From contig CAWJTV010000013.1 of NCBI GenBank assembly GCA_963845755.1, positions 287,973-351,972 on the forward strand: DNA of 64,000 nucleotides, given 5' to 3'. Shown here piece after piece: positions 43,114 through 53,703 of this stretch. The stretch comes from an uncultured Planctomycetota bacterium (GTDB taxonomy: Bacteria; Planctomycetota; Planctomycetia; Isosphaerales; Isosphaeraceae). Positions within the stretch are counted from its first letter, which is position 1; every line of letters begins with the position of its first letter. Position numbers and translations under genes: made by a program. Under the pieces are notes generated by a model. That model was not told where the DNA came from, searched no databases, and saw only the letters and a list, made by a program, of their open reading frames with translations.

Positions 43114-43290
43114 ATCCGAGGCCGCCTGCCGGTACAACGATGCTCGTTCTCCCCGGGGATTCCTGGCTTTACGGTACCGGAGAAGGGACACCATCATCAA
43201 AAGTGCGGGAGAACCCAGGATCGGTATCACTTTTTCGGTCCAGTGGGAGCCACCTGAGCGGTTGCGGCGCGATCCGTTTGATCGCCACAC

Positions 43291-43533
43291 TCAGCGGTGG
43301 CCGGAGTTCGAGCCGGCCGGCACCCCTGGCCGGCGCCTGGTCCGCGGGGCGGGTGTGACGCGAACGGCTGTCCGGGACGGGCGCGATGCCCCTTCGAGCA
43401 TCCAGGGGATGTCACGACCGAGCCGCTGGCACAACTCGACGGCGGCCTCGAACAGCCCCCCGCCGGTCGCCGCGGCGTACAGGTCCAGGTGATTCCCGGA
43501 GGAGCCGCATTTGAAACATCTATAGATATGCAA
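43291..43533 (-). pseudogene. CHC2 zinc-finger (primase-like) fragment
   Basis: YRCFKCGSSGNHLDLYAAATGGGLFEAAVELC; 5' part missing. Confidence 0.55.
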
Positions 43534-43607
43534 TAATAGATTTGCGGAGAAGCGGCAATCCGATAGTAACGTAAAATATGCTCTTCGCAGAATCGTGTGG
43601 GTAACTT

Positions 43608-44696
43608 TCAGAGCTCCGGCAGCATGCAGGTGAGGATCTTCAGCCGGAAATACTCTTCTTCACGGTAACCAAAGGCCCGATGTTGAAGACCGCGGATCTT
43701 GTTGTTGAGCCCCTCGACGAAGCCCAGAGCCACCTTATTCTCCTCATGACAATAAGCCTCGATGCCATCCCAATGTGTCTCGATCATCCGAGCGAACTTC
43801 TGGAACGGCTCCAGCCGCTGCCATCTCAAGGCGTCTTTCCAGTTCTCGAAGAACCGGCGTGCCCAGCAGGGTCGGTTGTCGTCCCAGAGCTGACCGAACG
43901 ACTCCTTGAGGAGGTAGGCCTTGTTCCACCGCCGGTTGACACGGAACAGCAGCTTCAACGCCTGCTTCCCCTTGAGGGTCAGGTTCTCCCACCGGGAGAG
44001 GAGGTTGTACCTTTGCCCCTTGATGAAACGGCGCTGGTCCCCCGAGAGGCGTGCGTACTCTCTCCGCCGCACGTCGTCCATGGCCTCTCCCAGGTGCTTG
44101 AGGACATGGAACTTGTCGTAGATGATCCGGGCCTGGGGAGCGTGCCCTTCCTTGAGGGTGGATTTGCGGAACGCCTTCCACATGTCCATGACGGCCAGGC
44201 GAATCTTGCGGCATTTCTTGGGGCCGAGCCAGGCGAAGAACTCGTCCAGACTCGCCTCGGAGCGATCCTGGCCGCCGAACCCGATCGGCCGCCCTCGCTC
44301 CAGGTCGCTGACCACGATGCGATAGCTGTGGCGCTTGCCGACGGCGATCTCGTCGATGCCGATGACTGGCGGAGTGGGGCCGCCAGCCCGGCGAAGCTGT
44401 TCCTGCATGTACTCCTTGTCCAGCTCCTTGACGGTATGCCAGTGCAGATGCAGCTCTTTGGCAATTGCCTGGACGGTGCTCTTTGGGCACCGCCGGCCCA
44501 CGTAGAAGGCGAACCGCTTGGTATAGAGGGGATTGTCCGCCAGCCAATCGAGCTGCTCGCGCTTCACGCCACCACACCGCGGGCAATCGACCCGGCGGAC
44601 CGAGAGCTCGAGATAGACTCGGCGGTCGCCGCAGGTGAGGTCGCGCACACGGCGCGGCCGTTGATCGTAGAAGGTGCGACACGCACTGCCGCACAC
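43608..44696 (-). CDS. ISL3 transposase
   Basis: RRVDCPRCG, IGIDE, VMDMW, YDKFHV, AYLLKE, VEGLNNKIR...RAFGY. Confidence 0.9.
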   Translation of the reverse strand: MCGSACRTFYDQRPRRVRDLTCGDRRVYLELSVRRVDCPRCGGVKREQLDWLADNPLYTKRFAFYVGRRCPKSTVQAIAKELHLHWHTVKELDKEYMQEQLRRAGGPTPPVIGIDEIAVGKRHSYRIVVSDLERGRPIGFGGQDRSEASLDEFFAWLGPKKCRKIRLAVMDMWKAFRKSTLKEGHAPQARIIYDKFHVLKHLGEAMDDVRRREYARLSGDQRRFIKGQRYNLLSRWENLTLKGKQALKLLFRVNRRWNKAYLLKESFGQLWDDNRPCWARRFFENWKDALRWQRLEPFQKFARMIETHWDGIEAYCHEENKVALGFVEGLNNKIRGLQHRAFGYREEEYFRLKILTCMLPEL

Positions 44697-44715
44697 GCCG
44701 CACCGAGTTTTTTTC

Positions 44716-46420
44716 TAGGCTGGCAAAGTTAGCTGGAGGCAGCGGTGCTCCAACTCCTTGAGGTAGGCCTCGGGATTGTGGCGGAACCGGCGTTGCTTCC
44801 GCCGCGATTCCCGCCGCGCCTCCAACTCCGCGCAGCTTTCTTCCAGCCCTCAAGATAGCCCGGGCTCAGCACCAAGCCTTCGTCCGGCCGCCGCCGCGTC
44901 GCCAGCCCCGAGATCACCCGCGCCGAGCCCATCACCACCAAGCCCGGCGACCCCCGACGCCGACCGCTGGCCCGGCGCTCGTGGTAGCGATGACTGCCGA
45001 AGGTGTGTTCCAGGTCGTTATTCGTCCGCGGCAGGTCCGCCGAGTCGTAGCAGGCAAACAAGCCCGGCCAGTAGCTCCGAGTCACCTTCACGAACTGCTT
45101 CAAACCCGCTCGCACCGCGGGCTCGGTCGTCGTGGCCGCCGCCCGGCGCATCCGTACCAGCAGTTGCACCATCCGTCGTCGCACTTTCTTCGCCGGCAGC
45201 CCCTCCTCGTTCTTGAGGATCCGGGCGGCGCGCTTGACCCACTGGTAAGACTCCCGCACCGCCGGGAACAACGCGGCCGTCTCCTCCAGCCCGCGCCGCA
45301 GCACCTGCTGCAGCCGTTTCAAGCCCCCGGGCCAGGCCCCCGCCGTGGCGACCAAATGGTCCAGGCTGGCGGCAATCCGGCTCAATCGATCCTGCCGCTT
45401 TAGCCCGGAGGCCACCAGCGGCGGCAGGGCGTCGTCGGTCAAGGCCCCGCGCACCGCGGCGCAGTAATCCCGCACCACCTTCGCCTCCGCGTCCTCCGCG
45501 TCGTCCTCCAGCGTCTTCTCCGCCGCACGCTCGATCTTCCGGATCCCCCGCACCCGCTTCTTCAACTCTTTCTTGGCGTGGCGATCCGCCTCGTAGATCG
45601 GCTTGGCCGCCTCGCGGAGGTAGTGGAAATGGCAGAGTTGATGGGGGACACCTTTGAGGGCCATACCCACGGCGTTGCGGATGCTCTCCTGACCGTCGGA
45701 GACCACGCCGGTAATCGGCACTGGCAAGGCCTTGCGCACCTGGTTGATCAGGCCGGCCAAGTCCTTGGCGGTGGACGACAACAGGCTCTTGGCCAGGAGG
45801 ATCTCGCCGGAGAGGCAGTCGCGCAGCACCCAGAGGACCTCGTGGCCGACATCCGGCTGCAGTCCGTCGATGGCCAGGATGACGCGGCCCTGCGGGCGCA
45901 ACAGCGGACCCAGTCGCTGGGGATCGGCCGTGGCCAGGGACCGCAGCTCGTCGTAGCGGTCCAACAGGTTGGTGACGGTGCGTTCGGCCAGGATGAGCCC
46001 GCGGTGCGTGAGCTCGCGGTGGATCTCGGGGATGCTGCGGTGCTCGGCATAGCGGAGCCGGCCCACCAGGGCCATGACGTCGAGGCCGAACTCGTGATAG
46101 GGCAAGGCGAAATGGGGCTCAGCCTCGGGGCGGTAGGGACGGAGGAAGCGGGAGCAGGCGGGATTGGGGCAGCGTCGGATCGTCAGGGTCAGCCGGAAGA
46201 CGCCGTCGAGGGTGCTGATGGTGCGAAAGTTGTTGTAGTCGGCACCGGTCCGGTGCCGGCACTCGGGGCAGTTCAAAAGGACCGGGGTGAGGGTCAGGTC
46301 GCGATCCGGTTGTGGTCGTGGTCGTCGTCGTTTGCGATTACGCATGGAAAGCCTCCTCTGCTCTATTCTTACGTCCATTATACCGAGCCGAGGGGCTGAC
46401 CAGCTACTTTTGCTACCCTA
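44716..46420 (-). mobile_element. IS with Mutator-like DDE transposase and 9-bp target duplication
   Basis: Imperfect 21-bp IRs TAGGCTGGCAAAGTTAGCTGG / TAGGGTAGCAAAAGTAGCTGG; GTTTTTTTC at 44707-44715 and 46421-46429. Confidence 0.8.
44729..46345 (-). CDS. Transposase (DDE with CxxH motif, N-terminal zinc ribbon)
   Basis: CPEC...CPNPAC, LAIDG, VVSDG, QLCHFH, PRTNNDLE. Confidence 0.8.
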   Translation of the reverse strand: MRNRKRRRPRPQPDRDLTLTPVLLNCPECRHRTGADYNNFRTISTLDGVFRLTLTIRRCPNPACSRFLRPYRPEAEPHFALPYHEFGLDVMALVGRLRYAEHRSIPEIHRELTHRGLILAERTVTNLLDRYDELRSLATADPQRLGPLLRPQGRVILAIDGLQPDVGHEVLWVLRDCLSGEILLAKSLLSSTAKDLAGLINQVRKALPVPITGVVSDGQESIRNAVGMALKGVPHQLCHFHYLREAAKPIYEADRHAKKELKKRVRGIRKIERAAEKTLEDDAEDAEAKVVRDYCAAVRGALTDDALPPLVASGLKRQDRLSRIAASLDHLVATAGAWPGGLKRLQQVLRRGLEETAALFPAVRESYQWVKRAARILKNEEGLPAKKVRRRMVQLLVRMRRAAATTTEPAVRAGLKQFVKVTRSYWPGLFACYDSADLPRTNNDLEHTFGSHRYHERRASGRRRGSPGLVVMGSARVISGLATRRRPDEGLVLSPGYLEGWKKAARSWRRGGNRGGSNAGSATIPRPTSRSWSTAASS

Positions 46421-46660
46421 GTTTTTTTCGGCGCCGGCGGAGCGTGATGACCACGGCCCGAGGGTCACCGAAGATCCCCCGGACTTCGGCCTTTGGGGAA
46501 AAGCCGAGGAACCTGTAGATGTCCTGAAATCGTTTGAGTTTGCCCATCCGCTCATCGTGACAGGTTTTCCAGCAGGTGAGAAGCGGGTTCCGCCCGGAGA
46601 AAATAGGGATTTGCTGGCCCCAAGAGGCCGAAAACTACCCACACGATTCTGCGAAGAACC

Positions 46661-46919
46661 CTTTTAAGATCTCGATCTGGCACGTGGCCCTGCCCAGCAG
46701 TTGCTCCAGTTCGGCGATCCGGGCCTGGTCCTCATCGCGCTGCTCGTCGGGCTGGAAGAGCGTGTGCGCCCGCTCCAGGAACGATGACTTCCAGAGGCCG
46801 AGCAGGTTCGGGCTGAGTGCGTGCTTGCGGCATGCCTCAGCCGGAGACTGCGTCCCGGCCAGAACCTCCAGGACGACCTTCGCCTTGAACTCCGGTGTGA
46901 ATCGCCGTTGTTTTCTCAT
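46661..46919 (-). pseudogene. IS3 orfA, cut at its 3' end by ISL3
   Basis: MRKQRRFTPEFKAKVVLE...RIAELEQLLG. Confidence 0.85.
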
Positions 46920-46986
46920 CCCAGTGCGCCTCCTCGGGGGTCTCAACCCCCATTATGCACTGGTCTGAATCCTGGGGCGCACTTCA

Positions 46987-48010
46987 GTCGAAGTCGAGCG
47001 GCTCAAGCTCCTGGTAGCCGAGTTGATGCTAGACAAGCAGATGCTCCAGGACATCGCAAGAAAAGAGTGGTGACTCCGAACCAGCAGCGGGTCGCCGCCG
47101 ATTACCTGAGCGAGGAGTACGGAGTCTCGCAACGGCGGATCGGCCGGGTCTTGGGTCGGTCCCGCTCATCCCTGCGATACCGTCGCCGGGACCGAGCCGA
47201 CGAGACGCCCTTGCTCCGAGAGATCCGGCGCCTGGCCCGTCGTCATCCCCGCTCCGGCTACCGGCGGGTCCACGCGGTGCTGTTCCGCCGCGGCTGGTCG
47301 GTCAACCTCAAACGGGTGAGGCGGCTCTGGATCGAGTTGGGGCTGCGGCGGCCCTTCAGGCTGAGAAAGGCCCGGAAACTCGGCCCGAAACCGGGGGTCG
47401 GCGCCAACAGTTGCACGCAGCAACCGGCGCGGTTCAAGAACGATGTGTGGACCTGCAACTTCATCCACGATCGGACGGCGGGAGGACGTCCCCTCAGGTG
47501 GCTGACGCTGGTGGACGAATACACTCTGGAGTGCCTGGTGTTGCATGCGGGTGAGTCGTTATTCGGCGGCGATGTTCGGCGGATCGTGGCCTGTGTGATT
47601 GGTCGTCGCGGGGCGCCGACCCGGATCAGGACTGATAACGGATCAGAATTTATTTGTGCGGTGTTGACGAACTGGTTGCCGGGCGGGGCGAAGTCGATCC
47701 CGGTGGCCGCAGCGAGCCCCTGGGAGAACGACTATATCGAGTCCTTTCACAGCCGGTTGCGTGATGAGTTCTTGGAATGGGTGGAATTCGAGACGGTGGC
47801 GGATGCCCGTGCGAGGGCGGCGTGGTTCCGCCGGGAATACAACACGGTGAGGCCGTACAGCTCACTGGGGTACGCGACGCCGAAGGAGTATGGCGCGGCC
47901 TGCGATGGAAGGGAGAACCGCGAACAAAGCATCATTAAATTACATATAAATAATTATATATATTTAACAGACTCCCATTTGGGGTGGACCAAAAAACGGC
48001 GAGCAGCCCA
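46987..48010 (+). mobile_element. 5'-truncated IS3-family element (orfA tail plus orfB)
   Basis: EVERLKLLVAELMLDKQML tail; orfB GYRRV, VWTCNF (first catalytic D appears as N), RTDNGSEF, ENDYIESF; IR-like end ...GGACCAAAAAACGGCGAGCAGCCCA. Confidence 0.8.
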
Positions 48011-48104
48011 CACCTCTCTCAGCTTGCCTGAGAACCCCAGAATTCAGGGGGAATCTCGATGTGGTGTCTCCAAACCTCGAAACCCGCATCAGGGCAAGGT
48101 CGAA

Positions 48105-48977
48105 ATGTCCACTCTGCAACGTACCGCCAGACTTACCCTGAGGAATTCCCACATGGGTCGCCTGACGACTGCCATGGCTACGATTGCCGCCGAGCCGCCA
48201 TTCCGCTTGCTCACCCGATTCGTGATCAAGAACTGCTGGCCATCAGTTGAGACCCGCGCTCACTGGGACATCTCCCCCCGCCCGGCATACTTGCTTGGCC
48301 TGATGCGGGCTGCCCGCCAGGCGAAGAACGAGGGAATACGCGCGATCGCAGTAGCCGAGTTCGGGGTAGCCGGTGGTCGCGGCTTAGTCATCCTCCAGGC
48401 CGAAGCCGAGGCGGTCGAGCGTGAGACTGGGATCGACATCTTGGTCTATGGGTTCGACATGGGAGCCAGCGGCTTGCCAGAACCCATCGGGGATCACCGA
48501 GATCACCCCGAACGATGGAAGCCCGGGGACTATCCGATGGATGAAGAGTTACTACGCTCGCGCCTAACCAGCCGCACGACACTGATCCTCGGAAACGTCG
48601 CGCGGACCGCCAGCGAGTTCTTTGCGCGGCACCACCCGCCCCACCTCGGCTTCGTCGCCTTCGACATGGATCTGTATTCCTCCACAATGGCCGGGTTCCA
48701 AGTCTTCACCGATCCAGACCGAAAGATGCTGATCCACTGCCCGCTCTACTTCGACGACTTAGGGAGCTTTACGTATCACCGCTTCGCCGGGGAACTCTTG
48801 GCGATCGATGAGTTCAACGCGGCCAGTCACGAAGTCAAGATTGACGTCTGGGCCGGAGTCAGGGACGATCGTCCGTTCTACAGAGCGGGTTACCTCGGTC
48901 ACATGTACGTCGCTCACGACCTTGCGGCTGCTGTACGGACTCAACCACGGCCAGAGACCGAGGTGTTGCCCCTGTGA
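48105..48977 (+). CDS. TylF/MycF-like SAM-dependent O-methyltransferase-related protein
   Basis: VAEFGVAGG, YGFDMG..GLP, FDMDLYSST, YFDD, GELLAIDEFN; the ORF track fuses it to the upstream IS3 orfB. Confidence 0.6.
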   Translation: MSTLQRTARLTLRNSHMGRLTTAMATIAAEPPFRLLTRFVIKNCWPSVETRAHWDISPRPAYLLGLMRAARQAKNEGIRAIAVAEFGVAGGRGLVILQAEAEAVERETGIDILVYGFDMGASGLPEPIGDHRDHPERWKPGDYPMDEELLRSRLTSRTTLILGNVARTASEFFARHHPPHLGFVAFDMDLYSSTMAGFQVFTDPDRKMLIHCPLYFDDLGSFTYHRFAGELLAIDEFNAASHEVKIDVWAGVRDDRPFYRAGYLGHMYVAHDLAAAVRTQPRPETEVLPL

Positions 48978-49106
48978 CGCGGGTGTAGTAGAGTCCGCTG
49001 CGTGGGACACATAGGAATTCGCGCGTAGCCAATGGGGGCATTCGGTGTCAGGTGGCCTTCGGTGCGTGACATTCGGTGTAAGCCGTCACGCCTTGGCCAG
49101 CGCATA

Positions 49107-50261
49107 CTAACATGTAGATCCGGTAAGGACTTGCAGCAAGTAGTTTTCGTTCCAGCCACAACTACGGCGTTTCATGGCGAGGCTGGTGCGGTCGGGATGC
49201 CGTTTCAAGAGCGACAACGTGAAGCGGTTGAGCCAGGCGAAGTTCTCCCGCAGCGCCTCCTCGCGGATCCGCGACTCGTCCTCGCGATAGGTCACGTCGA
49301 GCACCCAATGGCAGCTATTCTCGATACCCCAGTGGCCCCGGACAGCCCTCGCCAGCCGCTTCACGTCCATGGTCAGGCTGCTGATGTAGTACCGGACCTC
49401 GACGCTCTGTTTCCCGTCGCGGACGCACAGCGAGGTCACCACCGCGATCGTCTTCAGCGCCTTCCAGAGCCCGAACCCCGGCAGGCCCTCGGGGGCCGGG
49501 ATCTGGAGATACGTACGCGTCTCCTGGCGCCCATGGCCCTTCTCGGTCGTTACCTGCTCTTGGGCCCCCTCCAACTCGCCCTCGAGTTGTTCGTGGATGT
49601 GATCGATGACCGCCTGATGGAGCGTCTCCTGGTTCCCTTTCAGCGCCAGGACGTAGTCCCCCTCGCCGTCGATGATCTCCGCCGCGATCGCCTTCTGGGC
49701 CCCGATCGCGTCGATGGTGATGATCGCCCCCCTGATGTCCACCAGCCGCAGGACCTCGGGGATCGCCGTGATCTCGTGGGACTTCTCGGCGCAGGCCACC
49801 TGCCCCAGCGTCAGGCCGAACTCGCTGGCCCAGATGCTGACCGAATGCAACGCGCCCAGGCCGTTCTGGCGATCGTGGCTCCGCCGCGCCGTCTTGCCGT
49901 CGACCGCGAGGACGGGCTGCTCCACGCCGGTCGCCGCGGCCGCCTCGGTGCGCAGCGACTCCAGCCAGCTCACAAAACAGGCCTGGAAGGCCCCCGGCCG
50001 CAGGGCCATCAGAACGCGACGGAAGACATCCTTGCGCGGGACCCCATCGGGCAAGTCCAGGTTTGCCACGAGGAACTCCTCCTTGAGGGCGGCCCATTTG
50101 GCGATCGCGGTGGGTCCGTTGGCGCCGGCCAGGACCGCCATCACGGCGATGATGACCACGCTGACCAGGGGATGCTTGCGATTGACCGAGGAGCGCGGGT
50201 CCTCCAACTCCTCGAAGTGCCGTGCGACCTCGTCCAGACCGATTCGCCGAACTTCCGCCAT
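49107..50261 (-). mobile_element. ISAs1-family transposase (element about 49092-50378)
   Basis: LEDPR, AVDGKTARRS, HEITAIP, TIDAIG, LKGNQ, HGRQE, HWGIENSCHWVLDV; CAGGGC end at 50378. Confidence 0.9.
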
Positions 50262-50408
50262 GGTCCATCCTCCGTGGGTAGTCGCAAAAGGAGCGCCATC
50301 GAGAATGATAGACAAAGGATCACAAAAAGGAAACATGACCCAGGTTGCCCAATCTAGCCACAGTTAGCGCTAGCCCTGGGTCATTCAAAGGTCTAGCATC
50401 CGAGATCT

Positions 50409-51094
50409 CAGGGCCCTATAACTCATAGGCGAAGGAGTTGCCCCATGAGTACGGAGTCTACCAGTGCCACCCTCTACGATGTTTTTTGCGGGATCCCGAC
50501 CCACGGCATCGCCGCGGGACGGTCTATTTTCCCTGGCGTAGGTCCTGACCCTGATCGCCACGGCCATGCTCTGCGGCGCCAGCAGCCTGGCGGCCATCGC
50601 CCAGTGGGGTCGCGATTACAACGACCTCGTACCGCTTCTGGGCTTCTCCCGCAGGACCTGAGACGGCCGCCGCTACCGCACCCCCGGTATCAGCAAGTTG
50701 CATCCCCTCCTGGCCGCGCTCGACGCCGCAGCGTTCGAGGCCGCCTTGACCCGGTGGATCTCGGCTCAGGGCGTCGCCGACCTGCCCGAGCGGGTCATGG
50801 CGCTGGACGGCAAGGCCTTGCACGGCACCCCGGGGGCATCAGCTCCCCGGCGTCCACCTGCTGGCCGCCTATTGCCTGGACGTCGAGGCCGTCATGGCCC
50901 AGCTTCGTGTCACAGGCAAGACCAAAGAGCACAAGACAGCGCTGGAACTGCTCAAGATCTTCCCCTTGAAAGGGACGCTCTTCACCGGCGATGCGGCCTT
51001 CACTCAGCGGGATTTCTGCGAGGCCGTGATCGCGGGTGGGGGCGATTATTTCCTGACGGTCAAGGAGAACCAGCCCACGCTGGAGGCGGATATC
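50409..51094 (+). pseudogene. Truncated, degraded ISAs1-family element
   Basis: CAGGGC start; ALDGKALHG, FTGDAAFTQ, YFLTVKENQPTL; joined to the GNAT duplicate. Confidence 0.8.
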
Positions 51095-53096
51095 CGCAAG
51101 GTGCTCGCACCATTCCATCGCTCGCGTACAACGGCTCAGGGATTATTCCGCAAATGGGCAGGAACAACTAAGGACATGGTGTCCGTTTGGCGAGCGCGCA
51201 CACCGCCGGTGCCGCAGACCGTCGAACTGCGCTCGGCACCTACGTTCACCGAAGAATTGAGGCTCTCCCGCAGAATCTGTGGGTGCGTAATCGAGAAAGG
51301 AATCCGCCTTGAGAGGGAGGATCGCGTCCTGGGACACCCTTCGCTCAAGATGGAGTTACGACGCTTCATCGGTACCGGGAGTGCCCCAGGATGCGTATCC
51401 AGACAATCCTCAATCGTGTGGAGAAGTTCAAGTCGTTCGTTTACGGCAAAGCGTGCCTGGAGGAGGCGGACGACGGTCCGACTCAGGTGGTGCAAGTCCA
51501 GCCTCGGAAGAACAGCCGACCGTATTGCTCCGGATGCGGTCGCCCTGGTTCGGCTTACGATCGCTTGGAGGAAAGGCGTTTCGAGTTCGTGCCGTTGTGG
51601 GGGATCGCCGTCTTCTTGGCCTAGTGGATGCGACGGGTGAGCTGCAAGCGGTGTGGGGTGACCGTGGAGATGGTCCCGTGGTGCGACGGCAAGAATCAGC
51701 TGACGACGACTTACCGCCGGTTCCTGTCCACCTGGGCCAAGCGACTGAGGTGGAGTGAGGTGGCCTCGATCTTCCGCACATCGTGGGACAGTGTCTACCG
51801 CGCTGTGGACTATGCGGTCGAGTGGGGCATGGCGCGACCGGGACCTGAGCGAGCTGACGGCGGTGGGTGTGGATGAGATCGCCTGGAGCCGTGGGCACAG
51901 GTATTTGGCGCTGGTTTACGACATCGGGGGAGAGTCGCGGCGACTCCTGGCCGTGGCCTCGGAACGGACGGAGTCGAGCTTGCGCCTGTGCCTGGATGGT
52001 CTCGGGGAACCGGCCTGCAAGCGGCTGCGATCCGTATGCAGCGACCTGTGGAAGCCGTACCTCAAAGTGATCGCCGAGCGACTCGGTGAGGCGGTTCATG
52101 TCCGGGACCGGTTCCACGTCATGCAGAAGTTCGGCAAGGCGATCGACGAGATTCGGGCGGAGGAGGCGAGACGACTGCAGCGCGATGGCTACGAGCCGGT
52201 CTTGAAGCGTTCGAGGTGGTGCCTCCTGAAGCGCCCGGAGGACTTGACGTAGAAGCAGACGGTGAAGCTGCAGGAGCTCTTGAAGTACAACCTCCGAACG
52301 GTGCGGGCGTATCTCCTGCGGGAGGAGTTCCAGCGGCTCTGGGAGTACCGAAGACCGGCGTGGGCCGGAAGGTCCCTGGACGAAGGGACGAGCCGGGTGA
52401 TGCGCTCGCGGCGGGAGCCGATGAAGAAGATCGCCCGGACGATTCGGACTCATCGATCATTGAACCTGAACTGGTTTCGCGGCCGCGGCGAAGTCTCGTC
52501 AGGGGTCGTGGAGGGGCTCAACAACAAGGTCAAATTGGTGACGAGAAAGTCATATGGCTTCCGGACCGCCGGGGTTGCAAAACTGGCTCTGCGACACAAT
52601 CTCGGACGCCTCCCCGTGCCAGAACACACCCACAGATTCTGCTGAGGAGCCGAAATGGCTTCAACTACAGTCTTCACTGCGCATCGTGACGTCCCAGCGT
52701 GATCACATGCTGCTCAATTACTTTCTTCGGTGTCCACTGTCGGGCTTTTCTGGCAGGACGATTCACACATCTCAGCGAATGATCGGCTTCGCCGTCTTGA
52801 AGATCACTCCGTACGGACGAATCCAGCTTGGAAAAATAGTGGATTGTTGGCTTGATACCGAGGATCCGTCATGTTGGCAGGCCGCGGTCGCGGCGCTCAT
52901 CGATCGCCTCCGCGCCCTTTCTGCGGACGATGTCACATGTTATGCTACTACCCCGAGCCTGCACGCGGCATTGCTCTGAAATGGCTTCGCCAAACGGAGG
53001 GAAAGAAACGTGTACGTTCGCGACAAACAGCAGCCGGTACTTCGAGACCTTCCTTTCGCACGCTCGATGCTGGATTGCGATCGGGCCATCCTCTAA
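51095..53096 (+). pseudogene. Duplicate of the 3' part of the GNAT-like gene (39777-40386), split by ISL3
   Basis: 51095-51260 and 52652-53096 closely match 39777-40386; premature TGA at 52977. Confidence 0.9.
51261..52651 (+). mobile_element. ISL3-family element with pseudogenised transposase (51391-52645)
   Basis: IRs GGCTCTCCCGCAGAATCTGTGGGTG / GGCTCCTCAGCAGAATCTGTGGGTG; VGVDE, CSDLW, DRFHV, VEGLNNK; internal TAG stops. Confidence 0.88.
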
Positions 53097-53703
53097 GAAG
53101 GCTCGGGCCGCCGTCATTTATCGGTATTAAGCGATCTCGGCTTCAGCCGGATTAGCGGCCGTCATTGGGGAGAATCGATTCTCGGACTTGTGGAAGCGAA
53201 AGACGAAGTTGGTTGAATGGAGATCTCTAACGATGTGAAAAGCCAAAAGAATTGCCTCCGGCGCGCAAAACCTGCCTGGAAGCGCTAGCTACTGTCGAGC
53301 TGATGTAAACAGAAAGGGGGCGCGGCTCATACCGCAACACCCTTTCCCGACCAACCGCCGAATGAGCCACATCCGTATATCGATCGTTGGAACCTATTTA
53401 CACCTTCAGGCCCAGCCCGGCGCCAGGTATCCAAGCATACCGAACATTCATCTATAAGAGCAATATTGGCAGCCTGGGATAACCCTGCCGGAGTCGGTCG
53501 TGTTGGACTCTGCTCTGAGAGTCTCACCACCCGCATCCTGTAGGCGCCCGACCCGCAACGGGAAAAGACTGAGGCAGGGTCTCCGCATCGGAATTCACTA
53601 ATGGCAGGACGGATCCGACATTCGCAAGCTCTCGTTCTTTGAGTGGAAAACTTGTTCTGAACGAACTTTTCGCCAACCTTTCCTCCCTGCTGAGGGGTCA
53701 ACC

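Larger units (their letters stand above)
40702..43216. mobile_element. 125-bp MITE carrying a group II intron inside its left TIR
   Basis: GGGTTCTCCCGCACTTTTGATG at 40702 and its complement at 43195-43216; perfect 24-bp TIR after intron removal; AGGATC direct repeat on both sides. Confidence 0.88.
43579..46660 (-). mobile_element. ISL3-family element interrupted by a second IS
   Basis: IRs (G/T)G(T/C)TCTTCGCAGAATCGTGTGGGT at both ends. Confidence 0.85.
40393..46986 (-). mobile_element. IS3-family element disrupted by nested insertions
   Basis: Terminal IRs TGAAGTGCGCCCC at 40393 and its complement ending 46986; orfA at 46661-46919, orfB tail at 40425-40686. Confidence 0.8.

Noticed and set aside
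46821..48977. 718-aa ORF as a single transposase-methyltransferase fusion protein
   Set aside because: It crosses two IS boundaries and an IR; read-through of remnants is more likely, so the parts were annotated separately
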